Source of the DNA: Paragordius varius
Lineage: Eukaryota; Animalia; Nematomorpha
Reading direction: 5' to 3'
NCBI GenBank assembly: GCA_964247055.1
Contig: OZ176051.1
Coordinates: 11,532,001-11,596,000, forward strand
Length of the DNA: 64,000 nt
The notes under the pieces are model-generated. The model worked only from the letters and a program-made list of their open reading frames with translations. It was not told where the DNA came from and ran no database searches. Shown here piece by piece: positions 51,047 through 64,000 of the stretch. The position numbers and the translations under genes were made by a program. Numbering within the stretch: position 1 is the first letter of the stretch; the number at the start of each line of letters is the position of its first letter.

Positions 51047-54000
51047 CTATTGTTATCTATTTATTTTCAAAGTTTATTCTATCATTTATCACTTATCCTA
51101 TACTTTAAATTTTGTTATAACATACCTATTCCCATTTTTGTTTTTGGACGTAGGACTTACCGTTGGCCTTTTCCTATAATTTGCCTATTAATATTCTCTT
51201 AAAATATATAGATTGTATTCTTGGATAAGTATTGTAGCACTATTTTATTTCATTTTTTACTCTGACACATATAACCCTTGATTTATATTGTATTATACAT
51301 AAATTTTGCTTTAAATTTTTTATTGGAAGTATAATTTCCGTTTTTACCTATAGCCTAGGTTTTTTTTAACATCTATCAATTTGTCATAATTAGTTCGACA
51401 CTTCAATTTTATTATTTTTATTTGTTTGTTTAAAGCTCTCAAATGAATATTGATGTGTGTAGTAATAACCGGTCAGGCCTGGCCAGCCGCGGTTTTGGTG
51501 TTGTGGCCAATAATACAAAGAGAAAGCAAAGGAATACGGGATGCCTGTATTTTGCTAGTTTAAATGTTGGTTCATTGAAAAGTAAGTTAAATGATATTGT
51601 GAGAATAATGAAAGTTAAACATATTGATATTTTGGCATTACAAGAGACTCGTTACCGCGGAAACGGAGCAAGGACTTTGGAAGAGAATTATCGACTATAT
51701 TACTCAGGTGAAAGTGGCGGACGAAATGGAGTGGCAATTATCATTAATCCCAAATTGTCCAATCAGGTTAAAGAGGTTAGACGCTATAATAGCCGAATTA
51801 TTAATTTAGATATTTTGGTAGGTAACGAGGTCTTAAAGGTATTTAGTATGTATGCCCCGCAAATAGGTTTACCAAAACAAGAAAAGGAGGAATTTTACGA
51901 TACCCTAGATGAAAAATTAGTCGCTCTCCCTTAGCTCAGAGTCAAGTTATGTGGGGATTTTAATGGTCATCTTGGTTCAAAAAGGGAATCTTTTGAAATA
52001 TGGCACGGGGGACATTCTTATGGAGAAAGAAACAAGGAAGGAATTAATTTGCTTAGATTTGTACATCTCACAATTTGGCGATAGCGAACACGTTTTTCGA
52101 AAAAAGAGAGAGTCATCTAGTAACTTACAAAAGCGGCACAAACAAATCTCAAATAGATTTTATACTTGTCCCAATAGACTTATTGAAGCTTGTAATAGAC
52201 TGTAAGGTCGTGCCAATCTTAGAGGTTAGTTCGCAACATAATTTACTTATTTGTAAATTTTTCGTGAAAGAAAAGTCTAAACAAAGTGGTTCTTATTCAA
52301 AGAGATTAAAAAGTATAAAGTGGGAGAAATTATCCGAAAAAAGGCAGGCTTTTATAAAAGAAATACGGTTATCCGAATATGGTGGGTTTAATGGTGATTG
52401 GGATAAAGTAAGTCAGTTAATCAAAAAGGCAGGAACTCTAGTTTGTGGATTAAAAGGCGGAAAATCTCAAGTATACAGAGAGGCTTGGCTTTACGATGAA
52501 AGAATAATATTGATGTGACGAGAAAAAGGTAAGGCTTTTGATAAATGGAGACATACAAGGAATGATGATAGAGATAAGTATAAAAGTTTAAACAAGGATT
52601 TGAAAAAATTAGTCGGCCAGGTTAAGAAAGAAAAGATGAATTTATTTTATGATGAGTTAAATAGTAAGCAAGGTTTAAACAAAGTGTATAAAGTTGCGCA
52701 GCAAAGGAATAAACGCAGGATGGATTTGCCAGGTTATGCGACTGCAATAAAAGGAAAAGACGGAAGCTTGCTGTGCGAAAATGTAGAAATATTAAAAAGA
52801 TGGAAAGAGTACTTTGTGAGTTTAGATAAAGGGGTAGGCGAGATAATTTTGCCAAATACAGTTGAAGCTACTGATAGACCAATAGAAGCAATTACACAAA
52901 AGGAAGTAGAATCCAATTTGTTAGAAATGCCAAACAACAAGGCTGTAGGATCGGACGAATGTAAATTGTTGGAAAGTGCTTGGAAAAGCTGGATTAATTT
53001 TTTTGAAGCGTGTATTTAATAAAGTTGTTTCAACTTATCAAATCCCGGTTGAATGGAAGGAAAGTTTAACTGTGCCTTTATTTAAAGGAAAAGGTGATAT
53101 AAATGAATGTAGTAACTATAGAGGGATAAAACTAATGTCGCACACTATGAAATTGTTTGAAAAAATAATTGAAAAGCGAATCAGGAAAATAATATCTATA
53201 GAAGGAAATCAATTTGGTTTCATGCCAGGAAAGTCAACAGTAGATCCTATACATGCGGTTAGGAGGTTGATTGAAAAACACATTAAAAAAAAGAAAGAAT
53301 TACACGGGGTTTTAATTGATATAGAGAAGGCCTTTGACAGGATTCCTAGAGAAACTATTTGGTGGAGTCTCCGTCGTAAAAAGGTGCCAGAAAGTTATAT
53401 TAAGTTGTTACAAATAATGTACGAATCAGACACCTCCCGGATTAAAACCCCATAAGGTTTATCAGAGCCCTTTTCAATAAAGCATGGAGTCTACCAAGGC
53501 TCATCACTCAGCCCCTTATTGTTTATAATTTGTATGGACGAGGTAGCCAAGGTTGATGTGAGTTCAGGATGGTACTTAATGTATGCAGATGACATAATCA
53601 TCTTGTCTGATTCATTAATTGAGTTAAAGCGAACGGTAAACAGATGGGTTGTTGTGCTGGATCAATATGGTCTGAAATTAAACAAAGAAAAAACCGAACT
53701 TATTACTTTTGGGGGTCCACAACATGAAATGGTAGTTGATGATAGTTGGGTTCTAAAGGGTAAAGAAAGTTGCAAATATCTGGGAGCTATGTTAAGGGCA
53801 GATGGTTCGTTGACTGATGATATTAATTTAAGAATAAAGAGCAGCTGGGTAAATTGGAAGAAAATTTCGAGCGTGTTATGCGATCGAAATATTGATGTTA
53901 GAGTGAAAGGTAAGATTTACAGTTCAGTTGTCCAGCCCTCAATGATGTATAATTCACAGACGTGGATGTCAAAAAATCCGAAGAAAGACATTTTAACGTG

Positions 54001-54376
54001 ACTGAAATTAAAGTGCTCAGAATGATGTGTGGGGTAATTAGAAAGGACAGAATCGAGAATAGATTTATTCGTGGGAGCACAGATATTAAACCAATAGTGG
54101 AAAGAATGTCAAAAAATAGGCTACGTTGGTTCGGGCACATTGAAAGGAGAGATTCTAATTATATTGCAAAAATAATAGATGGTTATATAGTTGAGGGAAA
54201 ACGAGTACGTGGGCGACCTAAAACAAAATGGATAGATACAGTAAAAAGAGAGCTAGCAGAATACGAGCTTAATGCAGAGGACGCCATAGATAGAGTTTTA
54301 TGGCGAGACAGGTTGTATAACATGACCGCTCTCACGAGCGAAAACATGTAATGTAATAAAAAAAATAATAATAATA
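51047..54376 (+). mobile_element. Full-length RTE-clade non-LTR retrotransposon (single APE-RT ORF, disrupted)
   Basis: APE: FASLNVGSL, DILALQETR, GRNGVAIII, VFSMYAPQ, GDFNGH, NTFFEK, SQIDFIL. RT: PLFKGKGD..NYRGIKLMSHTMKLFEKII, QFGFMPGKST, IDIEKAFDRIP, QGSSLSPLLF, YADDI, KYLG, RLRWFGHIER, RGRPKTKWID. ~396-bp 5' UTR, (TAA)n-type tail, 15-bp TSD ATCATAAATGTATAT (51032-51046 / 54377-54391). Several frameshifts and stops. Confidence 0.95.
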
Positions 54377-57300
54377 ATCATAAATGTATATAAAGTTATT
54401 AAAAATGTAAAGCTTTATAATAAATGAAATATTACCAAATATTATTGAGTCTATGAAGGATGAAAAATATTTGACCAATGCCTAATTCTAAAATTTTATT
54501 AATTTATTTAATTTTATAGTTTGCGTTAAAGTAATAATCTACAATAATACACATATTTTCAAATACACATGGATCAAATTATTCATTCATTTGGTTTTTG
54601 CACTGATAGGTGATTTAAAGTTATTTACAGTTTTGTAATAATTGATTTACATAAAAAATGAAAAAAATTTGCGCTTATCAGGCTACATAATAATGTTCTT
54701 ATATCATCAAGGTGGCCCATTCCATAGTTAAATCATAACTAAAAACTGAAATTAAACCTCTCTATGCAAAATAAATTATCCTCATGTAAACTTAAAAAAA
54801 TAAATTAAATTATAATTATTTTATTACTTAATTTATAAAAATTTATGAAACGAAATATAATAAATATTATAATTATATTAATACAAATAAAAATAAACCT
54901 AAATCTGATATAACTGTCTTTGTTGTTTTACTCATTTATTTTTCGAATTCTATAAACGTTTAAACAGACATTTATCAATCATCTTTAAAACAATTTTTTT
55001 TGTCATATATCTTATATATAATTTTTTTTTGCACAAAAATTTTATTAAAAAAATCAGCCGTGGGAAATTAAATTAAGAGCCGATTTAAAAATTAAAATTT
55101 TTAATAGTTTCAAATGTGCACAATACCAGGAGGTATAATATATCCTTGTGAAAATTATTTGAACATATATATAAAATTATCAGGATTATCATGATGCTTT
55201 TAGTTTTAGTTGAGATAAATCTAAGAAATATTCACAGTGGTAATTGCCCCAGGTCGAGCACGCTAGGGATAATAATATCAAATAATATTTTTTGGTGAAA
55301 GGTAAATGCTTCATGCAAAATTGACTCAAAATAGTGTACATAAACTATATTATGCAAAAATTATTACTAGGATATAGTATTGAAAGTTTCAAATTTTGGA
55401 CTTCTTCTAAAATGGGCTTTCTTAATGCGAGATTCCGCGTTGATAATTTAAAATAATGATAGATTATGATATCATTTTCTAAATGCATCTTTAAATTCGG
55501 CAAAATGGTGAAATGTTATTTCGAGCATTTTGGCTACGTTATAAAAAGTTCAGGAATAAATATACTTGTTCTATAAATTAGATAATGTATATTTTATCAA
55601 CTCAAAATTACGATCAGTAGGTAAATTAAATTCAGACAATTTTTAAAAATTTATATTTTAAACTTGAAGACCAGATTTTTTCAATATTTAAATGTTTATA
55701 TAACCGAATTACGGAATTTTACCTTAAATCCGTTTATACTTTTCACCATGCCAAAACCATGAGAGGCGCCTTAACATATAAAATTTAAATTTTACAGTAT
55801 CATTTTTCTATCTTGATGTCATATGTCATTAAAAGTTGTTATCGCGAATAGTATTTTTGTAATTATTTTGAGGAAACTTGATCATGTAAGAGGGGAAATT
55901 CTTTTAGAATATCACGTCTAATATCATTAAATATAAATGAGATATATATTTCATAAAGATTTTTGTCCAATTTTATGCACCTACAAGACAACAATGTTCA
56001 AATAAACAAAATAATTTTAATATTAGTGTATTTATATCACACTTCAATTAAGCGTTTATAGAAATAAGAAAGTTATGGAGTTTTAAATATTGATAGATTT
56101 TTGTGGTACTTTTAATACTAAACATTTGAGATGGTCGGTTTTACGAGTTCCACATGCGTGTTAATTTTTTAATCGTAGGCTTAAAAGCAACATGAGAATT
56201 TACGTATTGTAAAAATATTTGATTTTTATTAGAGGTTTTAAAAAAATTTTATCCGTACAATTCAACTGTAATAATCCGTTAAGTAATATAATATTATGTT
56301 GTAATTATATTTTAACATACATTTTCGATGATTGTTTAAATAGTCATTAAACACTTAATATAATAAGATTTGTATTATCACAGGAGGTAAACGTTTTTAC
56401 AATCGCCTTTTTAAATTTAAAATTGATGAATTCCAAGTTGACTTTATCTAAATATTTAGAATTCCAAAACTTTTTGACAATGATGTTAACCAATATATTG
56501 TTTTTATTCGAAAAAAATATAATTTTGGTGATATAAAACATATGGATGTTTTTTATCGGAATTTATCATTAAAACGAAGATCAAGTTTATTTTATTTTAA
56601 TAATAGAACGGGATTCTCTTAACTCTAGGAAAAAACCAAAAAATAAAACTTCGGAGGGTAAAAATAAGAAACCAAAGTCACTTTACAACAACGTTGATGG
56701 TTTATCACATTTGGAGCGCTTTAATAATTTTTTACAAGAAAAAAGTATCAAAAACAGTACCATACATTTTGAGCTGAAAAATGGTTCCAAACAAGCGATT
56801 TTTGCGGTAATTTAATATATTTTCTATCTAAATAGTGTTTGCGCATATTGCTCGGTCTTAAATCATTTAATCTTTTTTTCAGAGTATCAGCCCAATAAAC
56901 CCATTCTTTCAAGCTAATGAAATATTCACAAATGAAAGAAATTTTGCTGTTTAATTGAGCAATTTATCGTTATGAAGCGGATGGCGGATCAAACGGATAA
57001 AAAATATTTTACTAAAAAATTTGCTACCAAAATCGAGAAAAACATGACTTTCGGATTAATATATAACATTTACATTTTAAATTCATTTTAATACAATTCA
57101 AATTCACTTTGAAACATTTCAAATTTATCCACGAACAATTCAAATTCATCTTTGAACAATTTAAAATTCTCCCTAAAAATGAATTATGCGTTTTCGGGCT
57201 TACTCATCATTAATATGAAAAATATCTTAATGGCATAGTTTATTATTTTTTTAGAATTATTATAAGTTTAAACAATTTCATTTCATAAAAAAATACCATA

Positions 57301-58052
57301 TAAATAATTTTTAATCTTAAAAAACACTTAATTTATTTTAGGGTGAATTTGAATTGTTTGAGGGTGATTTTATTTTTCAAGGGTAAATTTGAACTGTAAA
57401 TGGTATACTAAAACTCTGCATAAGTAACATCTATGGGTTCCAAATATCAAAATTCATTTTCTCAATTATATTTTTTTATCAACTAATCCGTCATTTATGC
57501 CTCATATAACGATAAATGCTCAATCTTTCTATTATCATGCTCATAATAAGATATTTAATCCTTTAAACTTTTAAAAATGAACGTTCTAACATTAACGGAT
57601 CGGCGGTGGTTAAGATGAGTTCTAACCATCATATTAAAAATACCAAGAACACATAAAACTTTTAGACTCAGGCCAAGTCTTGCAAATAATTTCTAAATGC
57701 AAAATTTTCTTTGCGAATCTAAGTAATGCACCAGGTAAAAAGATAACTGCAAACAAATTGGTCATGCTTTTACTCGTAACTCCACACACGGCATATCCAA
57801 ACAAAAAATATATATTATGTACATTTTTTAGGGGTGCGTAACATATAAAACACAACCAGTAATTATTGAAAAAATAAGTAGTAATTTTATTTATGGAGAA
57901 CATGGTAAATAAATTCAAACTGTTATTTTAAAATTTAGAGCAAACAGAAAAAATGTGTTAAATGGGTTGACCAATCCTACAACCAAAATGATTCAAGTCA
58001 TGAATATGAAAAATATGCTCTTCTAAATTCCTACTGCAGTGTTCCACTTTTA

Positions 58053-61000
58053 TCATTGACGCCAAGGACGCCAACTTCCACTAAATTTAATAAAACAGAA
58101 CAAAATTTTATGGTTATTTTATTGTTCGTATTGTTTAAGTTTTACTTTTTTATAAAAATTTAAACTAAAATTTTTATATCCTGAAATATAATTCCAATAT
58201 CATAATCAATTTTTGTAAAACAAACGGGCTAACGTATAATTTTTTTGCTCACTTTTTCCTATCATTTTTACATATAATTTTTTTATACCTATGTATCAAA
58301 AATATATTTACACAGAATTATTTTCAACCGTCAAATCCTTCCCTATATCAAACTCCTCTACCATTATTTTTGAAATATATACCAGGGACAAATACACCAA
58401 AAACACGACCTAAACCAAAGCCCTTTTAATCTCGGTGTGATATACATATAATATGATTTTCTAAAAATGCAATATTAAATGATTAATTAATCGTATTATG
58501 TAAAAAATTATTATTCATAAATCAATAAACACGTGTAATAAATGTAATCTATTTTTAAATCATAAATAAAAACTTTATTTTTTTCTTTCCTTTTCTTTTC
58601 GTTCACCACTTAAACGGGAACTGAAGATTACTTTTTCTATCATATGCCAAGTCATGGAAAGCGTCTAAGAAAATGTTTGTAATTTGCGGTGAAACCATAT
58701 TATACTTTTCTTGTTGGTGTAGGAATAGGTAGAGATCACGTTTAAATTGAGTTTCCTTATATTTTCTAGTGTTAACCGCTCTAGGGATAGGTGAATTCGG
58801 TACAGTAAGGGATTTTATTTTTTTCTTTGACGCTGGAGAGTTTCTGTTAGAGATTTGAGCTTTTGTTTTACCATGAAATGGTTGTTCAATTATTTTTGTG
58901 GAACAAAAGCGATTACCATTATCCGGTAGAGATGTAGATATGAAACTAGAAATTAAAATATTATTGTTGTTTTCTGTGCCCGCTTTTAATTCCCGCGTTG
59001 GAATAATGAATGTTTGAGATATTATTTCGCTTAAAGACTTTGTTGCATTAATTGACGAGAGCGTAGCACTATTTGAGCTTGCATCAGTATCAGTGGGCAA
59101 AAGATTCATTTGTTTTAAGTTATCGAGATAATTGATGGGAATATTTCGTATGTCACCATTTTTGGCGTTCGGTAATGTAATTTGGTTTAAGCGTGCATCA
59201 TTTGATACCGATTTTATTGGGTCTTCATTATTATTTTCTTCCTTTTCAACTTTTTGTTTTAATATAACTGACGAAACTATACTTGTTCCTATCTGTCGAG
59301 CCATACAGGGGGTGATTAACTCTTTTTCAGATTCTGTTTGGTTGGAAAGGTCGTTAGAATTTTTTTCACGAACATTGTCAAGAAAAGAAAATGTAGTGTA
59401 ATTATTTTTACATAAGGACTCTTCACCATTTGGTAATTGACTATGGTCAGAATCGATGGTACATTCTTTTTCAATGGTCTCAAATTTGAAAATGGATGAA
59501 GTAGTTTTGTTGTTCAACAAATGCTTCGAATTTATACTTGAGCCATTTGAACTTGTGGTATTTTGTTGTTTTTTAACAACAATATCGGAAAGTTTTAAAA
59601 ATTTGTCATCCACTCTAATATCTGAATTTACCACGTGTAATTCATGGTTTGACGATATTTTATACGTTTTTGTTGAGAAATCACTAATACAGTCACGGAG
59701 GGCATATTCATTTTGTACCATGGGTCTTTCTTTGCTCAAATTTGAGGAACTTAAGGGGCTCTCAAAGGATTCATAGCTAGTATTTGTTTGAGTTTTTTGC
59801 ACACGTTCTTCCCTTTGACAATCGATGTATTTTAATGGTACACTATCATTTACCAGTTTTATATCTATAAATCATATATCATGCATTGCAAATTATTATG
59901 TTTAATAACCATATTTTGTCGCGGTTATAGTAAATTTTACAATTTCCCTACAAATTGCTCAGATTTATGTTGGTAAAAAGATAAAGAAGTGAAAAATCTA
60001 AAAGCTTATTCGTATTACAAACCTTCGTTAAATTTATGAAACATTGACTGTCCTTGGTCGGTAATTCGCTAGTTTTATAAGTTATAGGGGTGTCCAACAT
60101 GCGGCCCTCAGAAAATTTTTGTGCGACCCAAATTTTTAATCCATGATTTGCAAAATTTACAAAATTTTGGTAAAATTGATATTCCTTAAATTTTTTTAAA
60201 TAAGTCTATCCAAATAGCAAGAACGAGAAAAATTGTTTCCGTTTTCTTTTTGAAGTATGTTTAAAATCTAATATACTATCTATAATATCCATATATATTC
60301 CAAATGCGGCCCGTCGTAATTTTTTAGCTAAAAATGCCCGCAAAGCTATTACCGTTGGATACCCCTGAATTAACACTACTTAAAATATTTTATATATTGC
60401 GCTATATTTAAGGCTTACGGCAATAGTTTTCAAATTTTCATTGTCTTTTAATCAAGCATTAGAACCGATGCTATGTTTTTACCTGAGCTATTATTTTAAA
60501 ATTTAATTTTTAGCAGTAATTAACCTTATTTAATTCATTGTTTTCTTTAACAAAGTGTTTAAACTATAATCAATTTCTAAATATCAAAATCAATACCATT
60601 TAAAAACAATAAATGGACATAATATTTCCGAAGGTGGGAAACTTAATCATTTCATTCAGATTTTTTTAAAAAATAAATATCCAAAAATTAGAACCTTAAA
60701 ATAACCTGATCGCAACCGGTTTAGGATTGCTTATATCAATAATTTTTAAATATTTACTGTTTATAGTGTGGCCAATGGATTGTTCGTATGGTAACAGGCA
60801 TATAGATTCTTCAAAATCATTATTAGCTAATAAAAAAGTCCCTTCGCACCTTCTATCATGAAAATTGCTTTTATTACTGCCAATATCATTGTCATATATG
60901 GAAACATTTTGCAAACAATGTAACTGATTTTTATGGTTAATTTGAAAGGAATTTATACTGCTTGTACTGTTTTCACTGCTATTCTCGTTTGCATGATAAG

Positions 61001-61550
61001 GCTCTTTTTGAGGTTGATAGAGCGAAAGATCGCCCCTCATAAAATTGTACCGTTCAATCAAGGATTGTGTTCCACAAACTTTTGTTTTATTAACATTCTC
61101 GGTAGATTTTAGACTATAATTACTACAGCTTATATAGGAAGATACTTCAGGCATAATAATACAATCCATCACATACTGATGGTGTAACTGATCGGGCCAC
61201 TTTCTTTTACATTTTTTTCTACGCACTTTTTTCCTGTTTGTGGAAGTGATATTGTTTGGTTTCTGATTTTTTTCAAGGCCCTTCTCTTGAACAATCGAAT
61301 GATAGGAATTATTTGTAGTTGAACTTGTTAAAGACTTTTGAGATAACTGTTTCTCATTGCCGCTGCTATCACCCGTTTCATTAAGGTTGCAATTATCCAT
61401 TATTGGTAAAGAATATAAAGAGTTTTCTTTATCATATTTTTGGTTAACGAATGTAGAATTTTGTGTTTTAACTGCACATAGCGTACCATCTTGTTTGGCT
61501 TTCCTCCTCTGCCCCAATGAGTTACAGCAATCGAACAATTGTTTAAACAT
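58053..61550 (-). CDS. Orphan, mostly low-complexity Ser/Asn/Lys-rich protein (two long exons, a possible 11-nt micro-exon and a short final exon)
   Basis: Long open frames at 60696-61556 (286 aa) and 58603-59802 (399 aa) in ~70% AT DNA. Phase-compatible join PVAIR|YKTG|EERVQK; possible last exon 58080-58053 (GSWRPWRQ*). No family recognised. Confidence 0.65.
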
Positions 61551-62355
61551 TAGCAACTAATAATTAATTATTTCTATGAATCACTTGTTTAATATAATAT
61601 TAAGTAAGGTTGGGATAAATTATTAAAACATTAATTATTAATTAGTCAATGTAACAAAAAGATGTATACATAATACGTTAGTTGCCAACAATCACATAGT
61701 TTTAAACAAAAACATAGTAAGGGTTTATAATTAGTATACCTAATAAATGTTTCCTATATAAGCTTTACCCAAATACACCAGATATAAATAAGAACGAGGC
61801 CAGAAACCGACCATTAATTTCTTAGTTTTAAGTAAAAAATCGATTTCAAATATAACTAATTGCTAATGACAAAGGCACTTCTATTTATAAGAGATAATCT
61901 ATTCCTTAAATTTGAAATGATGGTGTTACAGATTAAATAAAATTTTTATATAAATTTATTTTATGGTTATATTATGTTTATATATTTAGCAATAACCATA
62001 ATTTTATTTGCAAATTTTAATCATAAATTCGTGAAATTGATCCATGTACTTGCACCCTAACATGGGGATTAGCAATAAATTTTCGCTGTTTATTTTTAGA
62101 ATCTTATCCGTATCTCGGGTGAATACCGTATTTAAATTTAACAAAGCCACAAACTCGGTTCCATTTAAAATTTTAATTTTTTGGGCCTACTTCAACTGTT
62201 TTATTATTATTTTATGTTTGTTTAATTAATACATACATATGATAAAAATGTTAATTTTTTTCCATATTAGCACCAAAAAAGTTATGGTTTAAATGTTGAA
62301 GACAACTGTTCTTTTCTTTATTAGTAATTTTCAATTATTCTCCGTCTATGGCTCT

Positions 62356-62392
<37 letters not shown>

Positions 62393-63230
62393 CCTTTTTC
62401 ATACAAAATCAAAACAATTTTCTAAATATTTATTAAAAAATATTTTTTTTGCTAAATGTTTTGTAAGAATCCATTATCATTAAATTTGGAGTATTTTTCA
62501 ATGTTTGCATTATTGAAATTTTCGTTTAAATAAGCGCTGGTTTTAATTTAATTACATGCGCATCGCTACTCTAAATTATATATTTTTAATAATTTAAAGT
62601 TTAATATACAAAAACATAAAAATAACCTACTAGATATGCTCGTGAAGCGTTTAAAAGGCCTTAAATATTTTCTAAATTTAAGATAAGTTTTGATTTTGAT
62701 TGGGAAATTTTTTTTTGATTGGAATGTTACTAAACAAACTACCTTTTTCGCTATTATATATATTTTTTACTAACGTCATTTTAACGGTCCAATAAAAGCA
62801 TTAAAATCTAAATAAACGCCTGATTATTTTAAAGCTAGGAATATTTAAAATTAGTATAATTTATTAAATAATTAAACATTTATAAAAGGAAGTTTTCTGA
62901 AGTTTGATATTTTTTGGAACAGAAATCACACTAATTAAGCGACAGACATGATTTTAATTATTTCAATTATGATGCCTAACTCAAAGAGTAAAGCAAAAGA
63001 AGAAGCAAAATATTGGCAAATTTACACTTTTTTACATATTATTTATTGAATATTAATTAAAATTTAATTATTCAGAAAGCGCTATTTATTTATCACATAG
63101 GATATTAGTTGTTTGTCAAATTTTCTTCAAATGACTCCCGATTTTGGCGTTAACACATCTCAAATCGGACCTTAGTCGAGGCCGGTTCAATGTTTCACTA
63201 ATATCTATCCAAATTATTACTAATAGCATA

Positions 63231-63589
63231 ATGACAAAACAATGTCTTTCATCCGATCTAAATGAAAATTACTATCTTTTAATAGTTATTCTCTTTAAAC
63301 TTATATGTTTCATCGGGTTGTGCTTAAATGCGGCGTTTCTCGTCATCTTTACTATGAATATAAAAGATATTTGGGATAGACCAACATACGTGATTTGGAT
63401 TAATATATCGATACTTAACCTGATATGCTTTATACTTATTGTATCTAGACTAGAAAATACTCCATTTTATTTCAACATAATGGCGAACACATCTTATTCA
63501 CAATTGATCTTAACCATAATAAGTATGACCGTACGAAGGGCTATCCACGCGGGTCAACAATATTGCTTTGCCCTGTTAATGATAATAAG
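63231..63589 (+). CDS. First exon of a divergent class-A-like 7TM receptor (continues beyond the exon, possibly beyond the window)
   Basis: Short N-terminus; TM1 LICFIGLCLNAAFLVIF (GN-like); loop RPTY; TM2 VIWINISILNLICFILIV; third hydrophobic stretch YCFALLMIIR| ending at a strong AG|GTAAGG donor. Confidence 0.55.
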
Positions 63590-64000
63590 GTAAGGTTCAT
63601 ATTTAACATTTGTAATTATATAGTAATAGATACAAAAAATTTTAAAATTAAATTGATTAACACCTCATGACCTTTTCACTTTTTTGTATTATGACATATT
63701 GGGGAGTCTTATATCCCAAAGTTAATGTTGTGAATTTAATACTGTTTTGAAAGTTGTTTTAGTTAAAATTTAATTATTAAACATTGGTTCCCTGCATTAG
63801 ATTAAAAGGCTTATATTTTAATTTTTTATCTTTTATAGTCTAAAATTCAAAATAACCAGCTGATTAAAATAAATAATTGTCAAGTTTTTGCTTGTAAAAT
63901 ATAACCTAGGAACTAAGTAAAATTGTTAGCATCTTACTATAATATACATAATTTGCCTTATTAGCGATTTAAAAAATTTAAGAAAAAAAGTTTGCGAAGA

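Noticed and set aside
51047-51500. HDV-like ribozyme at the RTE 5' end, which is known for some RTEs
   Set aside because: I could not build the nested double pseudoknot by eye; a descriptor search would be needed.
51920-54000. Programmed frameshifting in the RTE ORF
   Set aside because: The breaks are numerous and include in-frame stops, consistent with decay.
59132-61560. Plus-strand ORFs 59132-59401, 59456-59776 and 61357-61560
   Set aside because: Antisense shadows of the long minus-strand exons.
1-64000. tRNA, rRNA or snRNA genes, and a taxon assignment
   Set aside because: No convincing cloverleaf, rRNA or snRNA motifs were seen. The gene set is animal-like, but the lineage needs a database search.

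Overview
Very AT-rich eukaryotic (animal-like) genomic DNA; the taxon cannot be assigned from this window. Most gene models were rebuilt by hand by joining exons at GT-AG boundaries, and exon coordinates are hand-counted. Six recognisable spliced genes: MGAT4/GnT-IV (+), DCUN1D1 (-), mevalonate kinase (+), an ACT-domain threonine dehydratase (-), RFC4 (+) and a four-domain GPI-anchored fasciclin-1 (-). There is also an orphan low-complexity gene (-) and the first exon of a divergent class-A-like GPCR (+). Mobile DNA: a decayed Ty3/Gypsy pol; a 5'-truncated Penelope-like element with a ~700-bp inverted duplication; a full-length dead hAT with a perfect 8-bp TSD; a full-length dead RTE LINE with a 15-bp TSD; a Ginger-like TGT..ACA relic; and many MITEs. 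Most notable: (1) a putative minimal hammerhead ribozyme with a non-canonical U3-C4..A8 core in the Penelope 3' UTR; (2) at least eight 24-30-nt spliceosomal introns next to kilobase TE-filled introns; (3) a frame-enforced pair of mutually exclusive exons in FAS1 domain 4; (4) only 73 bp between the head-to-head start codons of DCUN1D1 and MVK; (5) large low-complexity insertions in most of the conserved proteins. No tRNA, rRNA or CRISPR array was seen.
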